This document shows, one piece after another, positions 1 through 9,524 of a DNA stretch of 64,000 bases. This DNA is from a virus, in IMG/VR virus record IMGVR_UViG_3300037483_000793, positions 131,793 to 195,792 of that record. One strand, given 5' to 3'. Every line of letters starts with the position of its first letter. The first letter of the stretch is position 1. The position numbers and the translations under genes are program-made. The notes below the pieces were generated by a model. It ran no database searches. It worked only from the letters and a program-made list of their open reading frames with translations, and was not told the DNA's origin.

Positions 1-1074
1 CTTCTCACTGAATGCGGCGAGCTTCGCCGAATCCATGAACTCGGAGTACTTCTGTTTGCCGAAGCAGGCGCTGAACATGTTGATGAAGCGCACGTCGCCG
101 GTCGCCTTGAGGATCGGGTAGACGATCTCGGGTTTCATACGGACGGCGTAGAGCGACATCGCGGCGTAGACGGCAGCAGCGGCGGGCGTTGCGTCGTCGC
201 CGAATACACCACGACGGCTCTGCGAGCTGACCGGCGGCGCGGCGTCACCCACCTTCGAAGGCGACAGGTACCAGATCTCGGTTGTCTGCTCGGGCACAAC
301 AACCTTGCCGGTAGACGCCTCGAACGTCGTGATCTCGAAGTCGGCAAGCGCGTACGCGAAACCGCCAATTGGATCACCGCCGACAGCGACCTCGATACGC
401 TTGCTCGCGACTGGATGCTTCTGCAGCGCCGTCTCGAACACGGGATCGAACTTGTCGAACGCGTCGGCGTGGATGTGGACACCGCCTGCCTTCGCGGCCA
501 TGGCAGCCAGAAGCGGCCGGTCGGCGTAGTAGCCGTACTCGACGAACGTCGAGCTGCTGATGCAGGGTGTGCTGTTGGTGCCGCCTGTAACGACACCGAC
601 GACGCGAAGGATGTCTTCACGCGGCCACTGGTTGTCGCAGCCGTCACTCATGAAGAACAGCGCGAACGGATTCTTGTTCTTCTTGCTGACCTCTTGCATG
701 GTCGCTTCGACCTGCTGCAGCGGCTCCTTGAAGCCGGTGAGGCCGACCGGGCGCAGCCAGCGATCGAGCTGCTTGTTGACGTCGCCGAGATCCTTGAGCG
801 TCGCGATCGGTTCGCCTTCCAGCAACGCACCGTACTGGCCCTTGCCCGAGAACCAGATAATCGACAGCGTGTCGCCTTCCCGGAGTAGCTTGGGCAGCTT
901 CTTCTTGAGCTGCTCGCGAATGCGTGGCAGGTCGTAGGCCATGCTGCCGCTGCAGTCGATGACAGCGATGTGGTTGGTCGGTGTCTCGACAGTCTTCGCG
1001 GTCGGTGCGCTGTTGTTGGTGACCTGACGAACCAGGTAGAGGCCCTTCTCGATCTCGTACGATGTCGTGCTCAT
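1..1074 (-). CDS. vWA (MIDAS) domain protein, truncated by window edge
   Basis: Manual translation from ATG at 1074: MSTTSYEIEKGLYLVRQV...HIAVIDCSGSMAYDLPRIRE...FFMSDGCDN. DxSxS MIDAS motif; GGAAGG RBS upstream; frame open to position 1, so absent from the ORF track. Confidence 0.8.
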   Translation of the reverse strand, partial: MSTTSYEIEKGLYLVRQVTNNSAPTAKTVETPTNHIAVIDCSGSMAYDLPRIREQLKKKLPKLLREGDTLSIIWFSGKGQYGALLEGEPIATLKDLGDVNKQLDRWLRPVGLTGFKEPLQQVEATMQEVSKKNKNPFALFFMSDGCDNQWPREDILRVVGVVTGGTNSTPCISSSTFVEYGYYADRPLLAAMAAKAGGVHIHADAFDKFDPVFETALQKHPVASKRIEVAVGGDPIGGFAYALADFEITTFEASTGKVVVPEQTTEIWYLSPSKVGDAAPPVSSQSRRGVFGDDATPAAAAVYAAMSLYAVRMKPEIVYPILKATGDVRFINMFSACFGKQKYSEFMDSAKLAAFSEK

Positions 1075-1218
1075 GTGCTCCGTTCCTTCCCTATTGGGTA
1101 CGGGGAACATCCTCTCAGAGCACTCTGACAGTCAAGTCACGAGTGACCTCACAACGAAGGAGATCGCATGCTTGGAACGTTTCTGTGCTACTCGGCATCA
1201 CAAACGTAGGAGGCCCAC

Positions 1219-1437
1219 ATGTCCAAACGTCTGAAGAGCAACGCCCCGTCCCGTGATGTCACCCAAGTCGGTCCTGGCGATTACGTCAAGATCGGTTCGC
1301 AGTGGCAGAAGATCTCGTCGAACACGGCCCACGGCGCCGACCGCACGCCGCGGTCGTGGTCTGTACGCACCGAAAGCGGTAGCGAGCACGGGATGTTCGG
1401 CATCAATCGTTACGCGAAGGCGGAAGACCTCGAATGA
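1219..1437 (+). CDS. small hypothetical protein (beta-rich)
   Basis: 72-aa ORF preceded by AGGAGG RBS. Confidence 0.65.
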   Translation: MSKRLKSNAPSRDVTQVGPGDYVKIGSQWQKISSNTAHGADRTPRSWSVRTESGSEHGMFGINRYAKAEDLE

Positions 1438-1449
1438 TCGCGGACGCGA

Positions 1450-2097
1450 TCAGAGCTTCACGAGCGACGCTGCGTGATCGAATACGGCGTCGATTGTTGG
1501 ATCGGCACGGAACGAACGCGCACGGCCGCGCATACTGCGATCCGGGATCGGGCAATGCGGCGCGTCGCCGGGCGTGATCGGCACGCCACGCGGTCGACCG
1601 ACGAGAACCTTGGTGACCTCGCCAACGTTCTTGATCTTGCGCCGGTAGTGCACGCCGTCGTTCGCAAACTCGACGGGCTTGTTCAAGACCTCGGGTGCAT
1701 ACATCGCGCAGACCACGGGTGCGCCAGCATCGAGCGCCAGCTCTTCCATGCGGTGTGAGACCTCGCCGTAGTGGCCAGGCTCCTTGTACCACTCGGCGGC
1801 GTAGCTCTTGACGGCCGTGCGGCCGAGCTTCGATCCATCGGAGCCGACGAGACCGCCTTTGATGCCGTACACCGTCGTCTTGCCGAGACGAAACGCGCGT
1901 AGTTCACCGTCGACTGCCTGGAAGACGTCCCAGACGTCGTACTCGTCCAGTTCACTCGGATGATCGAGGATGAGGCCGATCTTGGCGTAGGTCGACTGCA
2001 CCATGTCCCAGACCGCGGGTCGGATCAGCTCCTCGAAGCTGTTGGACTGCGGCGAGACACGAAGCCATCGGCCGTCGGCGTCAGCGAAACGAATCAC
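1450..2097 (-). CDS. hypothetical protein
   Basis: 215-aa ORF with phage-like codon usage; start uncertain. Confidence 0.6.
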   Translation of the reverse strand: MIRFADADGRWLRVSPQSNSFEELIRPAVWDMVQSTYAKIGLILDHPSELDEYDVWDVFQAVDGELRAFRLGKTTVYGIKGGLVGSDGSKLGRTAVKSYAAEWYKEPGHYGEVSHRMEELALDAGAPVVCAMYAPEVLNKPVEFANDGVHYRRKIKNVGEVTKVLVGRPRGVPITPGDAPHCPIPDRSMRGRARSFRADPTIDAVFDHAASLVKL

Positions 2098-2112
2098 GGA
2101 CGTCGACGTGCG

Positions 2113-2322
2113 TTACGCGTACTGCGCGGTTGCCGCTGCGAGCACCTCGGCTGTCGTGCCGCGCAGACGCGCGATGCGGCCGAGCGTGTCGTCGGTGATC
2201 GTCTCGTGCTCCAGACACTCCTGATCGAGTCCGATCATCGAGATCGCTGCGGACAGCGACGTGTGCTGGGCCTTGAGATAGGCGCTGAGCGCCTTGGTGG
2301 TAACGGGGCGCTTGGTGGTCAT
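2113..2322 (-). CDS. small hypothetical protein, probably leaderless
   Basis: MTTKRPV...; TGG-TACCGT extended -10 lies 5 nt before the ATG. Confidence 0.55.
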   Translation of the reverse strand: MTTKRPVTTKALSAYLKAQHTSLSAAISMIGLDQECLEHETITDDTLGRIARLRGTTAEVLAAATAQYA

Positions 2323-2363
2323 GCCTGACGGTACCACGTGATCGGGTGCGTGATTGCATCCCG

Positions 2364-2399
2364 AAAACAGAAACGGCCTACTCCAAGGAGTTGGCCGTT
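2364..2399 (-). terminator. intrinsic terminator
   Basis: Minus-strand hairpin AACGGCC..CTCC-TT-GGAG..GGCCGTT followed by TCTGTTTT, just after the stop of 2419..3321. Confidence 0.75.
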
Positions 2400-2418
2400 C
2401 GATAGGCAGTGGGTAGGA

Positions 2419-3321
2419 CTAACCGAGCAGCTTGATCGAGAGGTTCGGTGCCTGTGCATGCGTCAGCGCGCCGTCAGACGGCGTCACGGTCAGTGCCGTG
2501 GAGTTGCCCGCCGGGTTGATGACCGTGACGATGTCGCCTGCGGTCAGCGCAACGAGCACCGTGTTGGTGTTCTGCTGCGTGCCTGCGCCGCTGGTCGTAC
2601 AGGTGTTGGCGACAGGCGCGGCGTTGACTGCAAGCTGCAGCTGCGACGCCTCGGAGAACCCAACCTGCCACGACACTTCGTAGACGCCCGTCGCGTCGAC
2701 GACGAAGTCGGTGGTCGAGACGCCGCTGCGGATGGCGTGACCGTTCACGGTGGGCCCGTTGCGCGGGAACGGAACCGGTGCACCGACGGCGACAGTCGCC
2801 GCATAGTCGTTGCCCTCGGAGCCGGTGCCCGTCGTCGTGCCGTAGAACATCGCGCCGTTCTGCGGAGTGCCGCCACCTGGGATCGTGACATCGACCTGTC
2901 CACCGCCCGCATCCGTGGCGGTAACACCCGCGCCCGTGAAGTTGAGGATGGAATGTGGGCCGCCCGGGACAACAACGTCCTCGTCCTCGATGGACGTGAT
3001 CGCACCGCTGCCACTGCCACCATCACCGCTCGCGATGATGAACGGCGTGAGGCCGATGAACGTCGGCGTGGGCGTCTTCGGGATAACGTCTTCGACCGTG
3101 TGCCAGTGCTCGACGTAGATGTCGACGAGGGCGGCGGCGGACGCCGTACGTGTCACCGTAATGTCGGTCGCGGTCGCGACGATGGTGAAGTTCGGTCCGT
3201 TTCCTGCGACGAGGTCAGGGAGAACGGGAATGCCGTTGACGTTGAGTCGGTGCGGAAGCACGGCCGGAACGCCGATGGCCAACCCGGTGAAGGACAGAAC
3301 GTTCTTGAGAATCGTGCCCAT
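2419..3321 (-). CDS. putative spike/receptor-binding protein with C-terminal BclA-C/C1q-like beta-sandwich
   Basis: C-terminus GVYEVSWQV...QLQLAVN...TVLVALTAGDIVTVIN resembles BclA-C/TNF-like domains; likely start MGTILKNV at 3321. Confidence 0.6.
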   Translation of the reverse strand: MGTILKNVLSFTGLAIGVPAVLPHRLNVNGIPVLPDLVAGNGPNFTIVATATDITVTRTASAAALVDIYVEHWHTVEDVIPKTPTPTFIGLTPFIIASGDGGSGSGAITSIEDEDVVVPGGPHSILNFTGAGVTATDAGGGQVDVTIPGGGTPQNGAMFYGTTTGTGSEGNDYAATVAVGAPVPFPRNGPTVNGHAIRSGVSTTDFVVDATGVYEVSWQVGFSEASQLQLAVNAAPVANTCTTSGAGTQQNTNTVLVALTAGDIVTVINPAGNSTALTVTPSDGALTHAQAPNLSIKLLG

Positions 3322-3386
3322 GCCCAAAAAGATAACACCGATCGCTCGCGCGATCATCAATTTGGCCGCGCCTAGAAACGTCCCCG

Positions 3387-3424
3387 AAAACAGAAACGGC
3401 CCGGTCCGAGAAGACCGAGCCGTT
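3387..3424 (-). terminator. intrinsic terminator after candidate capsid gene
   Basis: Hairpin AACGGC.CGGTC..GACCG.GCCGTT plus the same TCTGTTTTCGGG tail as the terminator at 2364. Confidence 0.75.
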
Positions 3425-3462
3425 GCCGTGGTTTTGCCGCTTCGTCGAAGCGACCGTCGTGG

Positions 3463-4212
3463 TTAGACGACGGTGCGCTTGATCAGGCCGTACTTGTACA
3501 GCTTGACGTCGGCGAAGTTGAGCGCGGTCGCGCCGTCGCTCGCCGCCTGCGCGATGCGGATCGGCGCCTCGGGCTGGAACACGCCCTTGTAGCCGAGGTT
3601 CTCACGCTCGTGCACGGGAAGCACGAGAGCGACGCGGTCACGCGGGCTCGGGACGCCGTTCTGCGCCAGCTCGAACGCGGTGTTCGTCGAGAACACGTTG
3701 TAGCCGTGTCCCTGCGGGTAGTCCTGCAGAATGCCCTGCGAGTAGAACTTCGCGTTGTACTCGTACTGGAAGAACGTCACGCGGTCCATCTGGAACAGCG
3801 TGGTCAGCGTCGGCGGATCCGACAGCGCGAACGGGGCAACGCCCGCGCCCGCACCCGGAACTGCCGCGTTGAAGTCGTCCTTCAGCGTCGGCGCGAGCGG
3901 CGAGGTGTCCGGCGCGCGCATGACGCGCGAGACCATGATGCCCCAGCCGTAGACCAGCATCTCCCAGTCCTTCGGCAGACCGGTGTCGCCGTTGCGGGGA
4001 ACGTTGGTGTCGACGCGCGTCTGCACGCGCGTGCCGCCGGGGATCGGCTGCGAGCGGCCGGTCGAGAACGCTTCGAGCGGCGTGGTGATGCCGTTCGAGA
4101 ACTGGACGGAGCCGTACAGCTTGTCGTCGATCCAGTCCGCGAGGGCGATCGTGCTGCCGTCGGGCAGCGTGAGGGTTGTGGTGGATGGTGCTACGCCAAC
4201 TGCTCCGGCCAT
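3463..4212 (-). CDS. candidate major capsid protein (predicted beta-rich jelly-roll type)
   Basis: 249 aa from ATG 4212 with AAGGA RBS; strongly biased codons; own terminator; lies amid virion genes; motifs LYGSV..F...TN....LP and LPVHERENLGY. Fold is inferred. Confidence 0.5.
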   Translation of the reverse strand: MAGAVGVAPSTTTLTLPDGSTIALADWIDDKLYGSVQFSNGITTPLEAFSTGRSQPIPGGTRVQTRVDTNVPRNGDTGLPKDWEMLVYGWGIMVSRVMRAPDTSPLAPTLKDDFNAAVPGAGAGVAPFALSDPPTLTTLFQMDRVTFFQYEYNAKFYSQGILQDYPQGHGYNVFSTNTAFELAQNGVPSPRDRVALVLPVHERENLGYKGVFQPEAPIRIAQAASDGATALNFADVKLYKYGLIKRTVV

Positions 4213-4377
4213 GGTCTTGTCCTTGTCGCGAGAGAAACGGCTCAACGCCGTCTGTTGTGGGTGCGCCGAAGAATTCGACACGACCCTGATCGCCTGACCA
4301 GCGATCGCTGCTGCGACTCAGCCCGAAGACTCAGTCGCAAGAGCGAGCGCTGGGCGCCTTGCGCCCAACGCGCGTTA

Positions 4378-5196
4378 CTAGTTCGAGCCTCCGAACAGGG
4401 TCGCGCCGAAGTGCGTGCCCATCGCCGAGACGCTCGGACCGCCGAGCAGCTTGGTCTGAGCGGCACCCGGGTTGTCGCCCATGCCGTAGCTACCGGCACC
4501 GACGAGCGTCGGCGGGCCCACCAGCTCGGGGCGATCCGCGCCGAAGCCTGCACCGCCACCGCTGATCGAACCCGGCACCGGGTACGCGGGCTCGATTGCC
4601 GCGGCACCGAAGCCGTTGTTCATCATCGAGGGCAGGTTCGCCGGAACGACGTAGCCCGGCTCGATGGAGTGGATGCCGAACCCGCCCTGGTACGGCTGGA
4701 TGACCGCCGTCGGGTCGATCGTCACGCCGCCCCAGCCCGAGCCGACGAGCTTCGCCGCGTCCGCGAACGAAGCCTTCTGGTCCGCCGAAGACGCTGCGGC
4801 CGTCACGAGCGCCTGTGCCTCGGCTGCAGTCGCCTTGGGCATGAACACCGACTGCTCCAGCTGACGGAGACCGTTGGTGACGAGCGCGGTTGCTGCTGCA
4901 GCCCAGCCCATGCGACGCGTGCCCGGGAACGCCATCATGACGCCGCCCGCGATGCCGCCCGCGAGGAGACCCGCCAGCTCGGAGTACTGATGGAACTTCG
5001 ACGTCGGCTTCGACATCGCGCGCGCGATGATCGCGGCGCCGGTACCGACGCCACCGCCGATGACCGCGCCCCACATCGAGTCACCGCCAGCGGGCTGGCC
5101 GAACTCGTCGAGACCGAACATGTCGACCTCGCCCATGTTGTCGTTGTCGTACTCGCCGAAGTTGCCAGCGAGCGCGCCGTTGATTTCGTTCTTCAT
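4378..5196 (-). CDS. putative virion membrane protein (two Gly-rich TM segments)
   Basis: Hydrophobic WGAVIGGGVGTGAAIIA and LAGLLAGGIAGGVMMAF; repeated GFG motifs. Confidence 0.65.
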   Translation of the reverse strand: MKNEINGALAGNFGEYDNDNMGEVDMFGLDEFGQPAGGDSMWGAVIGGGVGTGAAIIARAMSKPTSKFHQYSELAGLLAGGIAGGVMMAFPGTRRMGWAAAATALVTNGLRQLEQSVFMPKATAAEAQALVTAAASSADQKASFADAAKLVGSGWGGVTIDPTAVIQPYQGGFGIHSIEPGYVVPANLPSMMNNGFGAAAIEPAYPVPGSISGGGAGFGADRPELVGPPTLVGAGSYGMGDNPGAAQTKLLGGPSVSAMGTHFGATLFGGSN

Positions 5197-5245
5197 TGTC
5201 CTTGTCCTCTCTGTCTAGTGCGGGGAAAAAATGCTGCTGGCGCGC

Positions 5246-5434
5246 TCAGCGCGGGCAGCGGGAAGAGCCTTGCTTGAACTCCCAACCGGTCCGGCTCTTC
5301 TTGCCGGACTTGGTACGGGAACCGCGACCGACGTAGCAGAGCTGCATCGTGCAGCCCGTACGCGGGTTCTTGACGTCTTTGCAGAAGCCGACAACCGGCG
5401 TGTCGCCGAGCTGCGCGCGCTTCCGCTTCGACAT
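5246..5434 (-). CDS. small basic Cys-containing protein
   Basis: MSKRKRAQLGDTPVVGFCKDVKNPRTGCTMQLCYVG...; 62 aa; the C-terminal part of ORF 5246..6319. Confidence 0.55.
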   Translation of the reverse strand: MSKRKRAQLGDTPVVGFCKDVKNPRTGCTMQLCYVGRGSRTKSGKKSRTGWEFKQGSSRCPR

Positions 5435-5472
5435 CTTCGGTTCGGCACCGGAGATAGTGAATACGCTCGGCA

Positions 5473-6312
5473 CTACCGCTGCTCCTTGCGAACGTTGACG
5501 CTCGTGTTGCCGGGCCACACGGCTTGTGGGTGTGGCCAGCGCCCTTGGACCATCGGTGCGCGCGTCATGAGTGGCGGGCGCGCCTGCGCATGCGCGTAGT
5601 TGATCGGCACGTTGTTCGCCGCATGCATCTGCATGACCGGATGCGGTGCGAACTTCCCAGCGAGCTTCGCTTGGAAATTGCGACGAGCCCAAACGTTGTC
5701 GTTGTAGTTGAGGTTCCGGTACGCCTGTGCGTAGTCGAAGTACGGGAACGCGGGCACGTGACCGGCGCGGTTCTGCTTGGGCAGTACCGTGGTCGCCATC
5801 ATCGGCGCGCCGAACTGCGCGGGCTTCGTCTGCTGTTCGGCGCGAACCGGGATCGATGCTGCGGGTGCGCCACCTGCAGGCGCGACTTGCGGTTCGCCGC
5901 CGGGGCCGCTGTTGCAGACAATCACGCGGCGCGCGCCGATCTGGATCGTGACGGTGCCGCCGCGCGCGAGTTCCTGCGCGGCCTGTGTGATCGTGCCGAC
6001 GATGCCACCACCAGGTGGCGTGTTCGGGCCGACCGTGATCTTCGAGGTGCCCATGCACACGGTGCCGGTCTTGCCGCGCGCGAACAACTGCGCGAGCTTG
6101 CCAGCCGCGTACGCGACGTCTTCGGGCGACGGATACGGCGAGACGGCCGGTCCGGCACCACGAACGCTCGCGATGAACGGGTCGATCGTGTGCCGCGCCA
6201 TGTCCACCGGGCTCACCTGGCGGATCCACATCGGCTCGATGACACCCGTGCGCGTGATTGCGTCGGGACGCCAATGCGCCTGCGCGTGCATCTCGCGGGT
6301 CATGTGGAACAT
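5473..6312 (-). CDS. hypothetical virion-associated protein
   Basis: 279-aa ORF; palindrome plus -10 (TAGCTT) 6 nt before the ATG. Confidence 0.65.
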   Translation of the reverse strand: MFHMTREMHAQAHWRPDAITRTGVIEPMWIRQVSPVDMARHTIDPFIASVRGAGPAVSPYPSPEDVAYAAGKLAQLFARGKTGTVCMGTSKITVGPNTPPGGGIVGTITQAAQELARGGTVTIQIGARRVIVCNSGPGGEPQVAPAGGAPAASIPVRAEQQTKPAQFGAPMMATTVLPKQNRAGHVPAFPYFDYAQAYRNLNYNDNVWARRNFQAKLAGKFAPHPVMQMHAANNVPINYAHAQARPPLMTRAPMVQGRWPHPQAVWPGNTSVNVRKEQR

Positions 6313-6465
6313 GCATCAAAGCTACTGTCGATCGCGCGCGCGATCAAGTCGAAAGCAGTGTGATTTCGCTGAGTTAGCCTGACTATCGCTGCACACTTCT
6401 GATCATCCATGATCACGTTGGCGCCTTGATCGCGCCCGCGACTACGCGTACGTTTGGCGAACACG

Positions 6466-6696
6466 ATGGCGAAACGGCGACGTTCACGACCGTCTTTGGG
6501 AGACGCGGCAGCAGTCCCACAGTCTGTTGAACGACCGATCACGCCGCGCGAGCTTGCGACGTGGCTCAAGGTCAGCCCAGCAACCGTTCGGCGCCGCCTC
6601 GGTGAGCTACCGCACTTCCGTATCGGCAACCGCGTGCGGTTCATGCCGAGCGAAGTGATCGCGCATTACCGTCGCAAGCCTGACAGCGAATCGTAG
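6466..6696 (+). CDS. excisionase-like/MerR-type HTH DNA-binding protein
   Basis: ITPRELATWLKVSPATVRRRLGELPHFRIGNRVRF is a typical HTH_17 pattern. Confidence 0.75.
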   Translation: MAKRRRSRPSLGDAAAVPQSVERPITPRELATWLKVSPATVRRRLGELPHFRIGNRVRFMPSEVIAHYRRKPDSES

Positions 6697-7026
6697 CTAC
6701 GCGATCGCGTCGATGCGCGCGACGATGCCCTGCAGATCTTCGATCGTCGTCAGCAGATCTAGATAGTCGTCGCCGTCGATGCTGGCACCGCTCTTGTCGG
6801 CGACATCGCGCGCGTGCTGCAGTTCCGCGAGCGCCGCGCGCAGGTTGCGGTACGAGAAGTCTTCGTCGACGAGGCGGTAGCACGGGCTGTTTTGTCCGCC
6901 GTGCCAGTCGGTGCAGACTTCCATCGCTTCTTCGAGATCGCCATCCCACACGCGAACGCTCGCGCCGGTCTCCGTGTTCACGTAGACCAGATAGCCGTTG
7001 TCGTCCTCGTGGTAGCGAATCGCCAC
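6697..7026 (-). CDS. hypothetical protein
   Basis: Probable GTG start at 7026 directly after the upstream stop. Confidence 0.5.
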   Translation of the reverse strand: MAIRYHEDDNGYLVYVNTETGASVRVWDGDLEEAMEVCTDWHGGQNSPCYRLVDEDFSYRNLRAALAELQHARDVADKSGASIDGDDYLDLLTTIEDLQGIVARIDAIA

Positions 7027-7030
7027 GGTG

Positions 7031-7237
7031 TTACCGGCGGCGGCCTGTGAAGGACCGCTTGCTACGTCGCTTGATCTTACCTTCGCAGATCTCGACGGGG
7101 CGAATCTTCCAACGCGTATCACGACGTTCGGCCTGAAACTCGCGCGCGAATTTCTTGTCGCGGAAGATGACACCAGAAGTCGTGGGCTTCTTCGTTTTTA
7201 CGTCGAAGAACACCTCGTACATGATCTTGCAGGTCAT
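7031..7237 (-). CDS. small Arg/Lys-rich protein (paralog of 7655..7867)
   Basis: MTCKIMYEV...VEICEGKIKRRSKRSFTGRRR. Confidence 0.6.
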   Translation of the reverse strand: MTCKIMYEVFFDVKTKKPTTSGVIFRDKKFAREFQAERRDTRWKIRPVEICEGKIKRRSKRSFTGRRR

Positions 7238-7250
7238 TGGGTCTCCGACG

Positions 7251-7658
7251 TTACCGACGACGACGTTTCGTGCGGCGACGGCGCCGCTGATCCAGTGGAC
7301 TGCGTGAGACCTGCGAACACGGTGTGACCTTCGTGGCGCCAGCGTCCTTGAGCGCTTGGCTGGCGCTCAGGCTGCCGCGCCCACCGCCCCACAGCTGGAT
7401 CAAGTTGCCTTCGGCGTTGCGCAAAGGCTCACCGTTCGCGCGCGCGGCGAACAGACTCACTTCGGGTTTCTCGCCGTGTTTCACCCATCGTGATGACGCC
7501 GAGACGAGAACGTTCTTGTAGTGCTTCTTGCTGTAGGCCGACATCACGGGGATGCCTTTACCGGTGACGCGGTAGTGTGTCCACGCAAGCTCGGATTCCG
7601 CGTGCACACGCCGAACGCATGTCGCGGTGAACTGTTCGCGTTGCTTCGCCATGATCAT
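7251..7658 (-). CDS. basic protein with poly-Arg tail
   Basis: ATGA-coupled start; ends RRRRRTKRRRR. Confidence 0.6.
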   Translation of the reverse strand: MIMAKQREQFTATCVRRVHAESELAWTHYRVTGKGIPVMSAYSKKHYKNVLVSASSRWVKHGEKPEVSLFAARANGEPLRNAEGNLIQLWGGGRGSLSASQALKDAGATKVTPCSQVSRSPLDQRRRRRTKRRRR

Positions 7659-7867
7659 CTCCTCTTGCGGCGACGGCCCCGGAACACCTGCTTGCCGTGG
7701 CGCTTGATCTTGCCGTTCTCGCACAGTTCGACGACGCGAAGCTCCGCGCCGGGCCACGCCTTCTGAAATTTGCGTGCGGCGTATTTGGCCGTGAACACGA
7801 CCGAACGCTTCGTCTTGACTACGTTCCCAACCGTTGCCGAAACCTCGTAGCCGATCTGACAGCTCAC
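7655..7867 (-). CDS. small Arg/Lys-rich protein (paralog of 7031..7237)
   Basis: GTGA-coupled start MSCQIGYEV...VELCENGKIKRHGKQVFRGRRRKRR. Confidence 0.6.
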   Translation of the reverse strand: MSCQIGYEVSATVGNVVKTKRSVVFTAKYAARKFQKAWPGAELRVVELCENGKIKRHGKQVFRGRRRKRR

Positions 7868-8673
7868 GCGACGTAGTCCTTGAACTTGCCGTTGGGTGCC
7901 TCGCGGCCGAACATGTTGCCCGGCAGCGTCGTATCGAGCGCGACCCAGCGCGTTGGGCGCGTCTTCGGCAAACCGGCCATGCCGTAGATGTGCGCCCAGT
8001 CGCTGCTCTTGCTCGGCGCCGTGATCCGGAACTTCGCCGGGATGCCGTTGAGAGCGAGCAGCGTCGTCGTCACGACGGTGTGTCCGTCGCAGTCCTCGCC
8101 GCCGAATTCGACGGTGCGCATCGCGCTCTGGAACAGATCGACGCCTTCGACGTCGCCGCCGGGCATCTTCACCGGAGCAACGTCGCCCGTGTAGCGGATG
8201 TTCTGCTTCGTCCAGTTGTAGATCGACTCGGATTCGCACAGCCCGTCACGCGCTGGACAGTTCGCGCCCTTGACACGGAAGTGCCGTTTACCGACGGTGA
8301 CATCACGAACACCGTTGCCGGTGATCGCAAGTGCCAGCTCGCGCATCTGCGGGTTCTGGACACCCTTCCACACCAGATCCTGCAGGATGCTGACGCGCTG
8401 ATCGATCGGCATCTCGGGATCGTAGTGATGGGTCAGCGTCATGCCGCCCTTCTGCACGCGTGCTTGTACGCGACCGAGCGTTGCACGCAGCACGTAGGTG
8501 CGCCGCTTTGCGGCAACACCGTAGGCGATCGCGCCACCGATCACGGCGATTCCGCCCACGATGATCGCGCCGATCGCGACTTTCTCGTGCTTGGTCGTCT
8601 TGAGACCTTCGGTTGCTGCACCGAACGCTCCGTCGGGACGTTTGCGCACAAGCGCATGACTACGCATGCCCAA
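7864..8673 (-). CDS. membrane-anchored transglutaminase-like (Cys-His-Asp) enzyme/protease
   Basis: N-terminal TM VAIGAIIVGGIAVIGGAIAYGVAA; GGEDCDGH (Cys), WAHIY (His), WVALDTT (Asp); IYNWTKQNIRYTGD. Confidence 0.8.
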   Translation of the reverse strand: MGMRSHALVRKRPDGAFGAATEGLKTTKHEKVAIGAIIVGGIAVIGGAIAYGVAAKRRTYVLRATLGRVQARVQKGGMTLTHHYDPEMPIDQRVSILQDLVWKGVQNPQMRELALAITGNGVRDVTVGKRHFRVKGANCPARDGLCESESIYNWTKQNIRYTGDVAPVKMPGGDVEGVDLFQSAMRTVEFGGEDCDGHTVVTTTLLALNGIPAKFRITAPSKSSDWAHIYGMAGLPKTRPTRWVALDTTLPGNMFGREAPNGKFKDYVA

Positions 8674-8797
8674 AAGCTAACACGGCTACGGGCTGATGGA
8701 ATAGATCGCTCCTGCGATCACCGCGACTTGAACTTCGCGGGGTACACGAGTAGCTTGAAGACGTACCGATCGCGCGCGCGATCGCCCGGAGCCCACA

Positions 8798-9514
8798 ATG
8801 CTTTTCACGCAGCACAACGGTCTCGCACACGCCGCCGCGGACCAGTCCGAGATCGAAGTTCTGCAGAACATGGCCTGCTCGATCGGACCGCGAGTCGACG
8901 GTATCGCCGCGAGTCTGACACTACCGCAAGCCATGGGTGCGTTCAGCACGGCGGGTGCCGCGGGTGCCTGCGGCGGTCGTTCACAGCAAGCCGAACAGCA
9001 CACGCCGACGACAATGTCACGCGGGCTCGGTGCGGATACGCCCTGGTACTCGCCAACGATCACCAAGACGCCGACCACGACGACCACGACAACGAAGACC
9101 GCGTACGAGACGTTCATCGCACCGCTTCGCGAGATGAAAATCGCAGCGATGGACGCGAATGCAGCAGCGACCGCACCGGTCTCGCCCGCAGCGACGCCTG
9201 CAAATCCGATGGCGACGACGTACCCGGCGGGGACGATTACGGCGTTCGACGTGACCACGAACATGTGGCGTGTCGCGGTGCCGTCGATCGCGTCGGGACT
9301 CGGCATCTTCGGTTCGACGGCGCCGTTCACCGAGATCGCGCCGCTGCCTGCACCTGCACCGGGTGCGACACAGGTGAGTGTGACGCAGCTGCAGAAGCAG
9401 ACCGGTCAGCTGCCGATCTACAAGAAGTGGCAGTTCTGGGCGGCGGCAGGCGGCGGCGCCCTCGTGCTGGGCACCGTCACCGCGCTGTTGTTCCGGCGCA
9501 AGCGCGCGGCGTAA
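8798..9514 (+). CDS. C-terminally anchored membrane protein (paralog family)
   Basis: YPAGTIT...WRVAVP domain; ends LPIYKKWQFW-TM-RRKRAA. Confidence 0.75.
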   Translation: MLFTQHNGLAHAAADQSEIEVLQNMACSIGPRVDGIAASLTLPQAMGAFSTAGAAGACGGRSQQAEQHTPTTMSRGLGADTPWYSPTITKTPTTTTTTTKTAYETFIAPLREMKIAAMDANAAATAPVSPAATPANPMATTYPAGTITAFDVTTNMWRVAVPSIASGLGIFGSTAPFTEIAPLPAPAPGATQVSVTQLQKQTGQLPIYKKWQFWAAAGGGALVLGTVTALLFRRKRAA

Positions 9515-9524
9515 GTACCGCGCC

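Noticed and set aside
6466-6696. Prophage integration module
   Set aside because: The excisionase-like HTH is alone; no integrase or att site is seen in the window.
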